The notes beneath the pieces are model-generated. The model was not told the origin of the DNA, did not search any database, and worked only from the letters and a program-made list of their open reading frames with translations. The translations under genes were made by a program, and so were the position numbers. 64,000 bases of DNA from an uncultured Planctomycetia bacterium. GTDB taxonomy: Bacteria > Omnitrophota > Gorgyraeia > Duberdicusellales > 4484-171. Location of the stretch: contig CAZVQU010000001.1 of the NCBI GenBank assembly GCA_964629655.1, forward strand, positions 420,056 to 484,055, read 5' to 3'. Below, piece after piece: positions 1 to 10,009 of this stretch; position 1 is the stretch's first letter; every line of letters begins with the position of its first letter.

Positions 1-25
1 CCGGTCAATCCTAAAACTGGCATGG

Positions 26-1405
26 CTAATTCATCAACTCTTTGTATACTTCTATATACCTAGCAGCAGCTGCTTCCCAAGAAAAATTAAACTTGGTCAC
101 TTTTTCTAAGACAGCCTGCCACCTATTCTTATCCTTAAATACCTCTTGGGCTTTTGCTATAGCTTTTAGTAAGTCGGAACTATCATAGTTATTGAATGTG
201 AATCCTCCGCCGCCACTAGAAACATCAACAACCGTATCGACTAATCCACCAGTATGATTAGCTAAGGGTAAGGTGGCATACTTATAGCTAATCATCTGAG
301 AAAGACCACAAGGTTCAAACCTTGAAGGCAGTAAAAATACATCTATTCCAGCATATATCTTATGGGCTAAGGCCTCATCAAACTCTAAGACTAAGAAAAA
401 TGAATCTTTAAATTTAGCAGCCTTTTTCTTTAGTATTCTGTGATACCTGGGTTCACCTACGCCTAAAATAACTAATTGGCACTTTGAAGCAATTCCATCT
501 ATAGCCTCTAAGAGTATATCTATACCTTTTTGTTCAGCTAGTCTGCTAACCATACCCGTAAAAAGGACATCCCCATCCTCTTTTAAACCCAGCTCCCTTT
601 GAAGATTGGTTTTATTGATAACTTTATCAGCAAGGCAATCTGGAGAATACTTCTTATATATAAGATTATCTACCTTCGGATCCCAAATAGTATAATCAAT
701 AGCATTAAGAATTCCTATTAAATTCTTACCCTTCTTGCTTAAAATATCCTCTAGACCGCATCCAAATTCAGAAGTCTGTATCTGCTCAGCATAAGTAGGA
801 CTTACTGTAGTCACTATATCTGAAAAGACAATGCCTGCCTTAAGAAGATTTACCTTACCGTAAAATTCAAAGTACTCTTTATCAAAAAACTTATCAGAAA
901 TGCCTAATAGGGGAAATTTCTCCTTTCCTGATAATCCTTGATAGGCAAGATTATGAATAGTTAAAATGCACTTTGTATTTTTAAAAAAGGTATCGTCCTT
1001 ATAAAGGGTCTTAAGATAAACATTCACTAAGGCTGTCTGCCAATCATTACCATGGATGATATCCGGACAAAAATTTACTTTTTTCAAAACTCTAAGCACT
1101 TCTTTACTGTAGTAAGAAAACCTCTCCAGACTATCAGGGTAATCATGCCCATCCTCTCCCACGTAAATAGAATTACGTAAGAAATATTTATCATTCTTGA
1201 TAAAGAAAACCTCTATCGGACCTTGCTTAGTAATGCCAAAGCCGTCATGCATTTCTTGAGGTTTTATGCCCTTATGCATAGGCATGAATACTTTAACCTC
1301 AACTCCGGCCTTAACTAAACTATCAGGCAAAGCAGCGCTAACATCGCCAAGGCCACCGGTTTTAGCATATGGAAATACCTCTGAAGAGCAAAAAACTACT
1401 TTCAT
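26..1405 (-). CDS. glgA: Glycogen synthase (ADP-glucose type, GT5)
   Basis: N-terminal KTGGLGDV nucleotide-sugar motif (YAKTGGLGDVSAALP). Length of 459 aa is typical. The 4-nt ATGA overlap with upstream polA suggests translational coupling. Confidence 0.85.
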   Translation of the reverse strand: MKVVFCSSEVFPYAKTGGLGDVSAALPDSLVKAGVEVKVFMPMHKGIKPQEMHDGFGITKQGPIEVFFIKNDKYFLRNSIYVGEDGHDYPDSLERFSYYSKEVLRVLKKVNFCPDIIHGNDWQTALVNVYLKTLYKDDTFFKNTKCILTIHNLAYQGLSGKEKFPLLGISDKFFDKEYFEFYGKVNLLKAGIVFSDIVTTVSPTYAEQIQTSEFGCGLEDILSKKGKNLIGILNAIDYTIWDPKVDNLIYKKYSPDCLADKVINKTNLQRELGLKEDGDVLFTGMVSRLAEQKGIDILLEAIDGIASKCQLVILGVGEPRYHRILKKKAAKFKDSFFLVLEFDEALAHKIYAGIDVFLLPSRFEPCGLSQMISYKYATLPLANHTGGLVDTVVDVSSGGGGFTFNNYDSSDLLKAIAKAQEVFKDKNRWQAVLEKVTKFNFSWEAAAARYIEVYKELMN

Positions 1406-3909
1406 GCCACCTCCTCCATATCGCCCCAGTTCTTGCCAGCTTTCAGATTAACTTTGACCGGAACAGTTAACTTTATTGCTCCCTCCATATGCTTCTTTAC
1501 AATAATCTTGGCTCTATCTAGCTCATTGCTAACTACATCAAAAACAAGCTCATCGTGAATTTGCATTATCAGCTTTGTTTCCAAACCTTTTTCTACCAGC
1601 TCCTTGTCTATGTTTACCATGGCTACCTTAATGAGATCAGCGCATGAGCCTTGGATAGGAGCATTGGTTGCCTGGCGCCGGGAAAACTCCCGAAGCTGAA
1701 TATTAGCACTATTAATGTCGGGAAGTTTTCTTCTCCGACCTAAAATCGTAGTTACAAAGCCTTCCTTTTCTACCCGTCTACAGGTCTTACTTATATACCC
1801 TTTAACTTTAGGATATCGGTTAAAATAATCATCAATAAAGTTTTGGGCCTCACCCGGAGTAATCTTTAACTCCTTGGAAAGGCCAAAAGAACTCATCCCA
1901 TAAACAATACCAAAATTTACTCTTTTAGCTATATTGCGTTGAAGATCACTTATTTTTTCTGGTTTAATTCCAAAAAGAAGTCCAGCAGTAAAATTGTGAA
2001 TATCTAAATTCTGATCAAAAGCTTGAATTAAATTCTCATCTCCAGATAAATGAGCAAGTATTCTTAACTCAATCTGAGAGTAATCTCCGGAAAGGATATA
2101 GCCGCTGTCAGAAGAAGGAATAAATGCCTTTCTTAAAGCTTGTGAGAACTCACCCTTTACTGGAATACTCTGCAAATTAGGCGAAGAGCTGGAAAGCCTA
2201 CCGGTTTGAGTCCCAGTCTGATTAAATTGAGCATGTAGCATTCCTTCATTTCTATCAACTTCCTCTATCAAAGGAAGAATATATGTTGTTTTTAATTTAT
2301 TTAAATGCCGATACTCTAATATAAATCCGGCTATAGGATACTTGGAGGATAATTTATCTAAAACCTCCTCATTAGTAGAATATCCTGTCTTTGTCCTCTT
2401 TAAAGGCGTTATGCCTAAATCATCAAAGAGTATAGCCGCAAGCTGCTTAGGAGAATTCAGATTGAACCCCTTACCAGCAATCGCAAAAATTTTACCCCTA
2501 AGGTTATCACATTTCTTATCTACTTCTCTTTGCAAGTTTTTAAGGGTTTCTGTCTGGATCTTTACCCCGTGTTTTTGCATCTTGCTAAGTATTGGAATGA
2601 GCGGCATCTCTACCTCATAGAAAAGTCTATCTAGCCCCTCCTCTTTCAACTTAACTGATAATAATCTATAAAGCTGATAAGCAAAATAAGGAGTAGGCTC
2701 TGCCGGTATCTCGGGAAAATGTTCCCCAAGATAGTGAGAAACTAAAGTAGAAAGAGCATAGTCAGGCAGAGCTGATTCAAGCAAATAAGTAGCAATCTTT
2801 ACATCGAAGAAAAGGCCTTTTGCTTCAATACCTTCTAGATTAGTAAGCTGATTCTTAAAGCCATAAGATATCTTCTTTATCCTTTCATCCTCTAATATCT
2901 CTTTTAACATCGAAGTCAAAACCTTATAGACATGCTTTTTATCCTTATCAAAGACAAAAGAGCCCTCGGGTTGGATAAATAGGGACATATCCTCCTTAGC
3001 TAATTGTTCTAGCGCCTTCCTTGACACCCCCTCCTTTACTTCTAAATCTAAATTTAAAGCCGGAGCCGGAAAACTTTTTAAGAAAGCTTTAAACTCTAAC
3101 TCACAAAACATCTCATAAAGTCCTTTTGAATCCGGTTTTTCTATTTTTAAATCTCGACACTTCACTTCTAATCGGGGATAGGCTAATTGGACCAACTCTC
3201 TGCTTAACAAAACCATTTTTTTATTATCGATTAGTATCTTCCGAATCTTAGGAGAAATTTTATCTAGGTTTTTAAAAATATCCTCTACTGAGCCAAACTC
3301 TTTTATCAGTTTAACTGCACCTACCTTGCCTATTCCCTTAGCACCGGGAATATTATCAGTGCTATCTCCGGCTAATGAAAGATAGTCAACCATAAGTTCA
3401 GGGCCAAATCCATACTCTTCTAAAAAATCATCCTTGGTAACAAATTTATCCTTATTGCAATTGTAAACTTGCACCCTACCGGTCTCAATAAGCTGACAAA
3501 GGTCTTTATCTGAGCTAACTACAACAACTGATAGATCATCCTGCTTTGCTTTCTGGCAGAGCGAAGCAATTACATCGTCAGCTTCAAAACCTTTTTTCTC
3601 TACTATCTTTATTCCCAAAGATGTAACTAATTTTTTAATTAGAGGAATTTGTGATTTTAAGTCGTCCGGTAAAGGCGGCCTATTAATCTTATATTCTTTA
3701 AACTTTTCCTGACGAAAAGTCTTCCGCGAAACATCAAAACACATTCCGATATAATCAGGACCGAATTTAGAAATTATCTTGTTTAGTGTCCGGTAAAATC
3801 CATATACCGCGCCTACAGGAAGACCTCTGGAAGTAGAAAGCTTTACGGCAAAGAAAGAACGATAACAAAGGGCTGTACCATCAACCAGATATAATGTTTT
3901 TTTGGACAT
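1402..3909 (-). CDS. polA: DNA polymerase I
   Basis: N-terminal 5'-3' exonuclease/FEN fold (LYLVDGTALCYRSFFA). Pol A motif A (DYSQIELRILAHLS), motif B (RxxAKxVNFGIVYG) and motif C (IHDELVFD) are all present. The Exo I/II/III proofreading motifs are not evident at 835 aa, so the architecture is Taq-like. Confidence 0.9.
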   Translation of the reverse strand: MSKKTLYLVDGTALCYRSFFAVKLSTSRGLPVGAVYGFYRTLNKIISKFGPDYIGMCFDVSRKTFRQEKFKEYKINRPPLPDDLKSQIPLIKKLVTSLGIKIVEKKGFEADDVIASLCQKAKQDDLSVVVVSSDKDLCQLIETGRVQVYNCNKDKFVTKDDFLEEYGFGPELMVDYLSLAGDSTDNIPGAKGIGKVGAVKLIKEFGSVEDIFKNLDKISPKIRKILIDNKKMVLLSRELVQLAYPRLEVKCRDLKIEKPDSKGLYEMFCELEFKAFLKSFPAPALNLDLEVKEGVSRKALEQLAKEDMSLFIQPEGSFVFDKDKKHVYKVLTSMLKEILEDERIKKISYGFKNQLTNLEGIEAKGLFFDVKIATYLLESALPDYALSTLVSHYLGEHFPEIPAEPTPYFAYQLYRLLSVKLKEEGLDRLFYEVEMPLIPILSKMQKHGVKIQTETLKNLQREVDKKCDNLRGKIFAIAGKGFNLNSPKQLAAILFDDLGITPLKRTKTGYSTNEEVLDKLSSKYPIAGFILEYRHLNKLKTTYILPLIEEVDRNEGMLHAQFNQTGTQTGRLSSSSPNLQSIPVKGEFSQALRKAFIPSSDSGYILSGDYSQIELRILAHLSGDENLIQAFDQNLDIHNFTAGLLFGIKPEKISDLQRNIAKRVNFGIVYGMSSFGLSKELKITPGEAQNFIDDYFNRYPKVKGYISKTCRRVEKEGFVTTILGRRRKLPDINSANIQLREFSRRQATNAPIQGSCADLIKVAMVNIDKELVEKGLETKLIMQIHDELVFDVVSNELDRAKIIVKKHMEGAIKLTVPVKVNLKAGKNWGDMEEVA

Positions 3910-3951
3910 CAGGAGTTAGAAATTATAGATTAAATGGCTGGTAAAAGTACC

Positions 3952-4788
3952 TTATTTTTTTTGGGTAATACGAGAAATAACTTCCAAAGCATCCCCGAGT
4001 TTCTTTTCTGCAGATAAATAATCATCGCTTTCTATACAATCCAAAGCAGTCTTAACGTCGCCGAGAATCTTCCTTCTTAAATAGAGTCTTTTTGCTTGTT
4101 TATGAAGCTTTACGGTTTTGTTCAAAATTTCCTCGTCTTCAGGATTTAAAAAGAATATTGCTTCAAATTCTTTTACCGCGGTTTCGTAGTCCTTCTCAAT
4201 AAAGGCTTGATTACCAATATTAAAGCGAAGTTTTGCTTCTTTTATCGCCTCTAGTTTTTCCTGAGAGCTCTTATCAATAATCTCCCTAGACAATTTAGCT
4301 GCTTGCTTCTCTAGCATCTCTCTTTTCACTCTAGGATATATGCCCAATTTAAGAAGGTGCTGACGGGAAACCTCCCACCAATAATCTCCCTCCCGGCCTA
4401 ATTCATATCTCCTCTGCCAATAGTAACTGGCATCCTTTATATTGCCTTTTTTCTCAGCTATAAATGCTAAATTGGTATAGGCTGATAAAAAGCTGGGGTC
4501 GATTTCTAATGTCTTTTTATACATCTCTGCAGCCTGGATAATCTCACCCTGACTCTCGTAAATCACCCCGATATCATTATAGGCCTGGGCATAGTGGGGA
4601 TCTATCTGGACAGCTTTCTGGTACCAAATTAAAGCACCTTCAATATCCCCCAGAGATTGCGCCCTATAACCTTCTTCCCGGTAAGCTTTGGCGTCTTCTT
4701 TCAAAAGAGACTCCGCTTGGGAAGAAAGCAAAGGAAAGATGAACAGGAAGATTACAAGGAAGACCCTCATCGATTTTAACTCTATCAT
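3952..4788 (-). CDS. Secreted TPR-repeat protein
   Basis: N-terminal signal peptide (MRVFLVIFLFIFPLLSSQA). Repeated A/Y-rich 34-residue TPR-like units (AYNDIGVIY, AYTNLAFIA). Confidence 0.6.
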   Translation of the reverse strand: MIELKSMRVFLVIFLFIFPLLSSQAESLLKEDAKAYREEGYRAQSLGDIEGALIWYQKAVQIDPHYAQAYNDIGVIYESQGEIIQAAEMYKKTLEIDPSFLSAYTNLAFIAEKKGNIKDASYYWQRRYELGREGDYWWEVSRQHLLKLGIYPRVKREMLEKQAAKLSREIIDKSSQEKLEAIKEAKLRFNIGNQAFIEKDYETAVKEFEAIFFLNPEDEEILNKTVKLHKQAKRLYLRRKILGDVKTALDCIESDDYLSAEKKLGDALEVISRITQKK

Positions 4789-4818
4789 GAATAAGCAGTT
4801 ATGTCAAGAAAATTCCCT

Positions 4819-6555
4819 CTATTCTATTAGATAAATGTGCTCTATTTGAGAAAAAGCACCGCCGTAAATAGTAGGATAAAGGTTCCCGAACTTATTTCTT
4901 ACCGCATAAATCGAGTAAGGAACCACTGTGTAGATAAGCGGGAGCTGCTCAGCTACTATTTGCTGCCAACGTGAGAATAGAGCTTTTCTCTTCTCTTCAT
5001 CAAGAATTCTAGCAGTCTGATTAAAAATATCTTCAATTTCAACCTCATATTGGTCTAAAGGTTCTTTACTAAGGTTCCACATATGCAGATTGCCCTTGTA
5101 AGACCAGACATTTTTGCCAAAATAAGGTTCAATTCCTCCGGTAAGACCGATTAGAATCATTTCCCAATCAAGAGTAGCCGTTAGCTTACTCACCAGATTA
5201 TTAAAATCAAGAGGTAAAAAGTGTATCTTTACGCCAATTGCCTCTAAGTCTTTTTTGACCAATGTAGCAATTTGGACCCGCTGGGTATTCTCAGCCGGAG
5301 TAAAAAATGTAATCTCTAAAGCTCGGCCTCCCTTATCCTCTAAGATTCCATCTCTATCTCTATCGCTAAAGCCTATATCAAAAAGGATATTTTTTGCTCT
5401 TTTAGAATCATAAGAATACTTCTTAACCTTGTCGCTATAATAATATATATTTGCCGGACTCACCGGAGAATGTTGGGGTATGCCCAACCCATTCATTAAA
5501 ATATCAACAATTTTCTCTCGGTTTATAGCATAAGATAGCGCTTTACGGAAATCTTTATTCTTGAACCACTCTAGCTTATGAGGTTTAACAAAAGGTTTAT
5601 CAGTATGAGGATTAGTGCCTGAATTCTGATTAAGAACTACGAAATTGGACATTAGAGAAGGTCCTGAATTATAAATTGTAAAATTACCCTTGCTTTGATC
5701 CGGCCCTAAGATACCTAGATCTTGAGGCCTTATGGAATAGTGGTCAATCTCACCTTCTAAGAATCTCAACATCGCCGTATCAGGATTAGCAAGAATAACG
5801 AAGAGTATCTTGTCTAAATAAGGGACTTGATTCCGGCAAGAGTCTTTCTTCCAATAAAAAGGATTTCTCTCTAGTATCACTCTTTCTCCGGGAAGATATT
5901 TTGCTAATCTGAAAGGCCCGGTTCCAACAATATCGGCTAGTTTTGTATCTAGCCCCATACTAAAAGTAAACTTACCTTCTGCGACTAAAGAAGCATATTT
6001 ATGAACCGGCAGAATTTCATGAGAAAGAGCACGCAAGAAAGGTGCAAAGGTAAAGGGAAGTGTAAACTTTACTGTATAATCATCAACTCTCTCGACAATT
6101 ATCTTCTCTCCCTCTACAGTAAAAATATCTCTACTGCTAGTAGGAATATCAGGATTATAAATTAAATCATTAAAGGTAAAAACAATATCTTTGGCAGTAA
6201 ATCTCTCGCCGTCATTCCACTTAACGTCTCTGCGCAAATGGAAAATCCACTCCTTTCCGTCATCAGAAGTTTCCCAATTTAAAGCTAAATTTCCTAGCAC
6301 CTCTAAAGTTACCGGATGAGTACGGGTTAAGCCTTCAAAAATATATCCGGTAATTTGAGTAGTCGAAGTTTCTTGGGCAACTATCGGATTAAATGACTTA
6401 GGGTCAGTGATAGTTGAGAGAACTAACTCCCCGCCTCTTTGGCCACAGGCTATTTGATAATCCTCATAAGGCTTCTTAAAAGGCTCGGAAGCTAAAGCCT
6501 GCGGAACCAAGAGCAAAGTGCTTGTTGTTATGATTAAAAATAAATTATTCTTCAT
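4819..6555 (-). CDS. ABC transporter substrate-binding protein, family 5 (peptide/nickel type)
   Basis: Signal peptide. Length of ~578 aa and motifs typical of OppA/DppA-like SBPs (ILERNPFYWKKD, FTLPFTFAPF). No permease or ATPase genes are adjacent. Confidence 0.65.
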   Translation of the reverse strand: MKNNLFLIITTSTLLLVPQALASEPFKKPYEDYQIACGQRGGELVLSTITDPKSFNPIVAQETSTTQITGYIFEGLTRTHPVTLEVLGNLALNWETSDDGKEWIFHLRRDVKWNDGERFTAKDIVFTFNDLIYNPDIPTSSRDIFTVEGEKIIVERVDDYTVKFTLPFTFAPFLRALSHEILPVHKYASLVAEGKFTFSMGLDTKLADIVGTGPFRLAKYLPGERVILERNPFYWKKDSCRNQVPYLDKILFVILANPDTAMLRFLEGEIDHYSIRPQDLGILGPDQSKGNFTIYNSGPSLMSNFVVLNQNSGTNPHTDKPFVKPHKLEWFKNKDFRKALSYAINREKIVDILMNGLGIPQHSPVSPANIYYYSDKVKKYSYDSKRAKNILFDIGFSDRDRDGILEDKGGRALEITFFTPAENTQRVQIATLVKKDLEAIGVKIHFLPLDFNNLVSKLTATLDWEMILIGLTGGIEPYFGKNVWSYKGNLHMWNLSKEPLDQYEVEIEDIFNQTARILDEEKRKALFSRWQQIVAEQLPLIYTVVPYSIYAVRNKFGNLYPTIYGGAFSQIEHIYLIE

Positions 6556-6922
6556 CCGCTAAAGGTGAAGGCTCTTTGGGCGGTGTCGATTCTTCGAGAG
6601 TAGATAGTTCTTGAGTAGCATCTACAGCGAAGTCTTCGGTAATATTCTCGTTTTCAATTTCAGTAGTTAAACTTTCATATTTACCCATCAAAGATCTTCC
6701 TCTTGCTTTGGAAAGATAAGCTAAGGATATCGAAGTAAGGAAAAAACAAACAGCTAAAACTACGGTTACCTTTACAAAGAAAGCGCTAGTCTTGGTGCCA
6801 AAGATTGATTCTACTCCTCCTAAAGCCTCAACAAGGCCTCCACTTCTGCCTCTTTGGATAAGAATCATTCCAATCAAAGCCACCACAACAATAACATGGA
6901 CAATTAAAACTAGATCATACAT
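6545..6922 (-). CDS. secG: Preprotein translocase subunit SecG
   Basis: Two TM helices with a glycine-rich loop (LIQRGRSGGL). The position immediately downstream of tpiA is the conserved one. The C-terminal acidic tail is unusually long. Confidence 0.7.
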   Translation of the reverse strand: MYDLVLIVHVIVVVALIGMILIQRGRSGGLVEALGGVESIFGTKTSAFFVKVTVVLAVCFFLTSISLAYLSKARGRSLMGKYESLTTEIENENITEDFAVDATQELSTLEESTPPKEPSPLADEE

Positions 6923-6970
6923 AATCGTTTCTCTCCTTTAATGAGCACATCCCTAAAGGAATAGTGCGGA

Positions 6971-7729
6971 TTATCCTAAGGAATTTTTAACTATTTCTAC
7001 AAAAGAAGAACTATCTAAAGAAGCTCCTCCTACTAACGCTCCATCGATATCATCCTGCTGCATTAATTCTTTTATATTAGCCGGTTTAACGCTCCCCCCG
7101 TAGAGAATACGCAGATTATCGGCTACCTCTTCTGAGCAATTATCAACTAACCAACCTCGGATAAAACTATGAACTTCTTGAGCTTGCTGAGAGGTTGCAG
7201 TCTTTCCAGTGCCGATTGCCCATACTGGTTCATAAGCAATGATTAAATTTAAAAGCGCATCTTTTTCCAAACCTTCTAAGCCTCCAGCTAACTGGCTCTT
7301 TACAACATCAATAGTCTTGTCCGCTTCACGCTCTTCTAAGGTTTCACCTACGCAAAAAATAGAAATTAAATCTGTCCTTTGAGCTGCCTTTATTCTTTTA
7401 TTTACACTCTCATCACTCTCGTTAAAGTACTTTCTTCTCTCGGAGTGTCCGATAATTACATATTTACAACCGGCATCCTTTAGCATTTCCGGTGAGATTT
7501 CACCAGTAAAAGCACCTGAAGCTTCCCAGTAAACATTCTGAGCTCCTAGAAAGATATTAGAATCTATTAAAAGGTCTGAAACGTCAGAAAGTGCTGTATA
7601 TACCGGGCAAACGATAATCTCTGCCTCTTGAATATCAATAAGCTCTCTCTTTAAGCTATTAACTAGCTCGATTGCTTCCTTAATAGTCTTGTTCATCTTC
7701 CAATTACCAGCAATAACGGGTTTTCTCAT
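6971..7729 (-). CDS. tpiA: Triosephosphate isomerase
   Basis: Canonical N-terminus (VIAGNWKMN). Catalytic motifs IIGHSERR and AYEPVWAIGTG. Confidence 0.92.
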   Translation of the reverse strand: MRKPVIAGNWKMNKTIKEAIELVNSLKRELIDIQEAEIIVCPVYTALSDVSDLLIDSNIFLGAQNVYWEASGAFTGEISPEMLKDAGCKYVIIGHSERRKYFNESDESVNKRIKAAQRTDLISIFCVGETLEEREADKTIDVVKSQLAGGLEGLEKDALLNLIIAYEPVWAIGTGKTATSQQAQEVHSFIRGWLVDNCSEEVADNLRILYGGSVKPANIKELMQQDDIDGALVGGASLDSSSFVEIVKNSLG

Positions 7730-7777
7730 AATTTATTCCTTCCTCATCAATAAGGTTCCTAATAATAACTTATACTT

Positions 7778-8962
7778 CTATTTATCAGCTAGGGCTGCAA
7801 CCCCTGGCAATACCTTACCCTCTAAATACTCTAGAGATGCTCCGCCACCAGTAGAAATATGTGACATTTTACAAGAAAGAGAAAACTTTGCTACTGCAGC
7901 TGCGGTGTCTCCTCCGCCAATAACCGAGGTTGCCCCTGAGACAGCAATAGCTACAGCTAAAGCCTCTGAGCCCCCGGCAAATGCATCTTTTTCAAAAATT
8001 CCTACTGGTCCATTCCAGACAATGGTTTTGGCTTCTCTTATTTTATCACAGAAAAGCTTTATTGTCTTAGGGCCAATGTCAACAGCCATCCAACCGACAT
8101 CAACAGAAGCACCTTCAGTAGTTTTAACATTAGCAGCTTCCTTAATATTGTCAGTGATGACATGATCAACTGGCAAGAGGATCTCAACACCCTTTTTTCC
8201 TGCCTTTTTGAGTATTTTCTCTACCGTTTCAAATGATTCTTCCTCGACGCGAGAAGAACCAACGTCAACGCCTCCAACCTTCATGAAGGTATAAGCCATT
8301 GCCCCGCCTATTAAGAGGCAATCAGCTTTATCAATCATGTTCTCGATAACTGGAATCTTATCAGATACTTTTGCACCGCCAAGTATAAAAATAAAAGGTT
8401 TAGAGCTTGAAGTTAAAACCTTGCTGAAGTACTCTATCTCTTTTTGAACTAAAAACCCTGACACTGACTCAAGATGATGAGTTACTCCTTCAGTAGAAGC
8501 ATGCGAGCGATGACAAGTTCCAAAAGCATCATTAACAAACACATCTCCCAATGCCGCTAATTCCTTAGCAAACTCAGGATCATTTTTTATCTCGGCGGTA
8601 TGGAATCTTAAATTCTCAAGAACCACAACATCGCCTTCACTCATCTGGCTAACAGCAGCTTTAACTGCCTCGCCAACACAATCGTCAAGCAGCCTGACTG
8701 ACTTTTCCAATAACCTGCCTAGGTGCCTAGCTACTGGCCCTAAGCTAAATTCCTTCTTCCTCTCGCCCTTGGGTCTTCCCAGGTGGCTAATTAGAATAAG
8801 CTTTCCGCCGGCTTGGATAATATACTTTAAAGTCTGTAAAGCCTTCTGGATTCTATTGTCATCAGTAATGTTTAGATTCTCATCCAGGGGTACGTTAAAA
8901 TCAACTCTGGTAAGCACACGCTTACCCTTAAGGTCAATATCTTTTACTGATTTTTTATCCAC
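7778..8962 (-). CDS. pgk: Phosphoglycerate kinase
   Basis: RVDFNVP N-terminal motif. Nucleotide-binding loop GGGDTAAAV. Length 394 aa. Confidence 0.92.
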   Translation of the reverse strand: MDKKSVKDIDLKGKRVLTRVDFNVPLDENLNITDDNRIQKALQTLKYIIQAGGKLILISHLGRPKGERKKEFSLGPVARHLGRLLEKSVRLLDDCVGEAVKAAVSQMSEGDVVVLENLRFHTAEIKNDPEFAKELAALGDVFVNDAFGTCHRSHASTEGVTHHLESVSGFLVQKEIEYFSKVLTSSSKPFIFILGGAKVSDKIPVIENMIDKADCLLIGGAMAYTFMKVGGVDVGSSRVEEESFETVEKILKKAGKKGVEILLPVDHVITDNIKEAANVKTTEGASVDVGWMAVDIGPKTIKLFCDKIREAKTIVWNGPVGIFEKDAFAGGSEALAVAIAVSGATSVIGGGDTAAAVAKFSLSCKMSHISTGGGASLEYLEGKVLPGVAALADK

Positions 8963-8980
8963 CTTTTAACTCCGGGCTTC

Positions 8981-9982
8981 TTATTTAACCATATACTTAA
9001 TTAAATCTACGACTCGGCAAGAATAACCCCACTCGTTGTCATACCAAGATAAAATCTTAACCATATCGCCAAAACAAAATGTTTGTTTAGCATCTACTAT
9101 TGAAGATAGTGGATTCTTCTTAAAATCAATAGATACTAACGGCTCGTTGCTTACTCCCATTATTCCTTTCATCTTGCCATTAGCAGCCTCGGTTAAAACC
9201 TTATTTACCTCTTCAGTTGTAGTCTCTTTCCCTAGCTGGAATACAACGTCAACTATAGAAACAGTAGGGGTGGGGACTCTTATTGCTAAACCATCAAGTT
9301 TTCCTTTCAGCTCAGGGATAACTAATCCTACTGCCTTAGCTGCACCAGTTGTAGTTGGTATCATTGAAAGCGCAGCTGCTCTGGCTCTGCGTAAATCAGA
9401 ATGCGGATAATCTAACACCTTTTGGTCATTAGTGTAAGAATGAATCGTAGTCATAAGTCCTTTCTTAATATCAAAAGCATCTTTTAAAGCCTTTGCTACT
9501 GGTGCTATACAATTAGTAGTACACGAAGCGTTAGATACTATATTATCTTTGCCGGCATCGTACTTCTCTTCATTTACCCCTAAAACAAAGGTAGCAACAT
9601 CCCCTTTAGCTGGGGCTGATATTATAACTTTCTTTGCTCCAGCCTTGAGATGTAATCCGGCCTTCTGGGCATCACGGAAAAATCCGGTTGATTCTACTAC
9701 TACCTCTACTCCCAAATCTGCCCAGGGAAGATTAGCAGGATCTCTCTCTGATAAGACTTTAATCTTCTTTCCATCAATCACAAGAGAATCTCCCTCAGCT
9801 TTTACCTCATTGGAAAGAATACCAAAATTTGAGTCATATTTTAGAAGATAAGCTAAGGTAGCTGCATCAGTAAGGTCATTCACAGCTACAATATCAACAT
9901 TTGCTTCACCTCTTTCTAGCGCTGACCTCAACACTAATCTTCCAATTCTACCAAACCCATTAATACCTACTTTTATTCCCAT
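8981..9982 (-). CDS. gap: Glyceraldehyde-3-phosphate dehydrogenase
   Basis: NGFGRIGR Rossmann motif. Active-site ASCTTNC. Confidence 0.92.
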   Translation of the reverse strand: MGIKVGINGFGRIGRLVLRSALERGEANVDIVAVNDLTDAATLAYLLKYDSNFGILSNEVKAEGDSLVIDGKKIKVLSERDPANLPWADLGVEVVVESTGFFRDAQKAGLHLKAGAKKVIISAPAKGDVATFVLGVNEEKYDAGKDNIVSNASCTTNCIAPVAKALKDAFDIKKGLMTTIHSYTNDQKVLDYPHSDLRRARAAALSMIPTTTGAAKAVGLVIPELKGKLDGLAIRVPTPTVSIVDVVFQLGKETTTEEVNKVLTEAANGKMKGIMGVSNEPLVSIDFKKNPLSSIVDAKQTFCFGDMVKILSWYDNEWGYSCRVVDLIKYMVK

Positions 9983-10009
9983 TTCTTCCTCCTTTTCTTG
10001 AAATAACCT

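Noticed and set aside
1266-1451. 61-aa plus-strand ORF overlapping the glgA/polA junction
   Set aside because: It is antisense to two well-supported genes and has a low-complexity Pro/Ser-rich translation. I treat it as a spurious shadow ORF.
7689-8165. 158-aa plus-strand ORF inside pgk
   Set aside because: It is entirely antisense to the conserved pgk coding sequence. Its composition-driven A/P/T-rich translation has no recognisable motifs.
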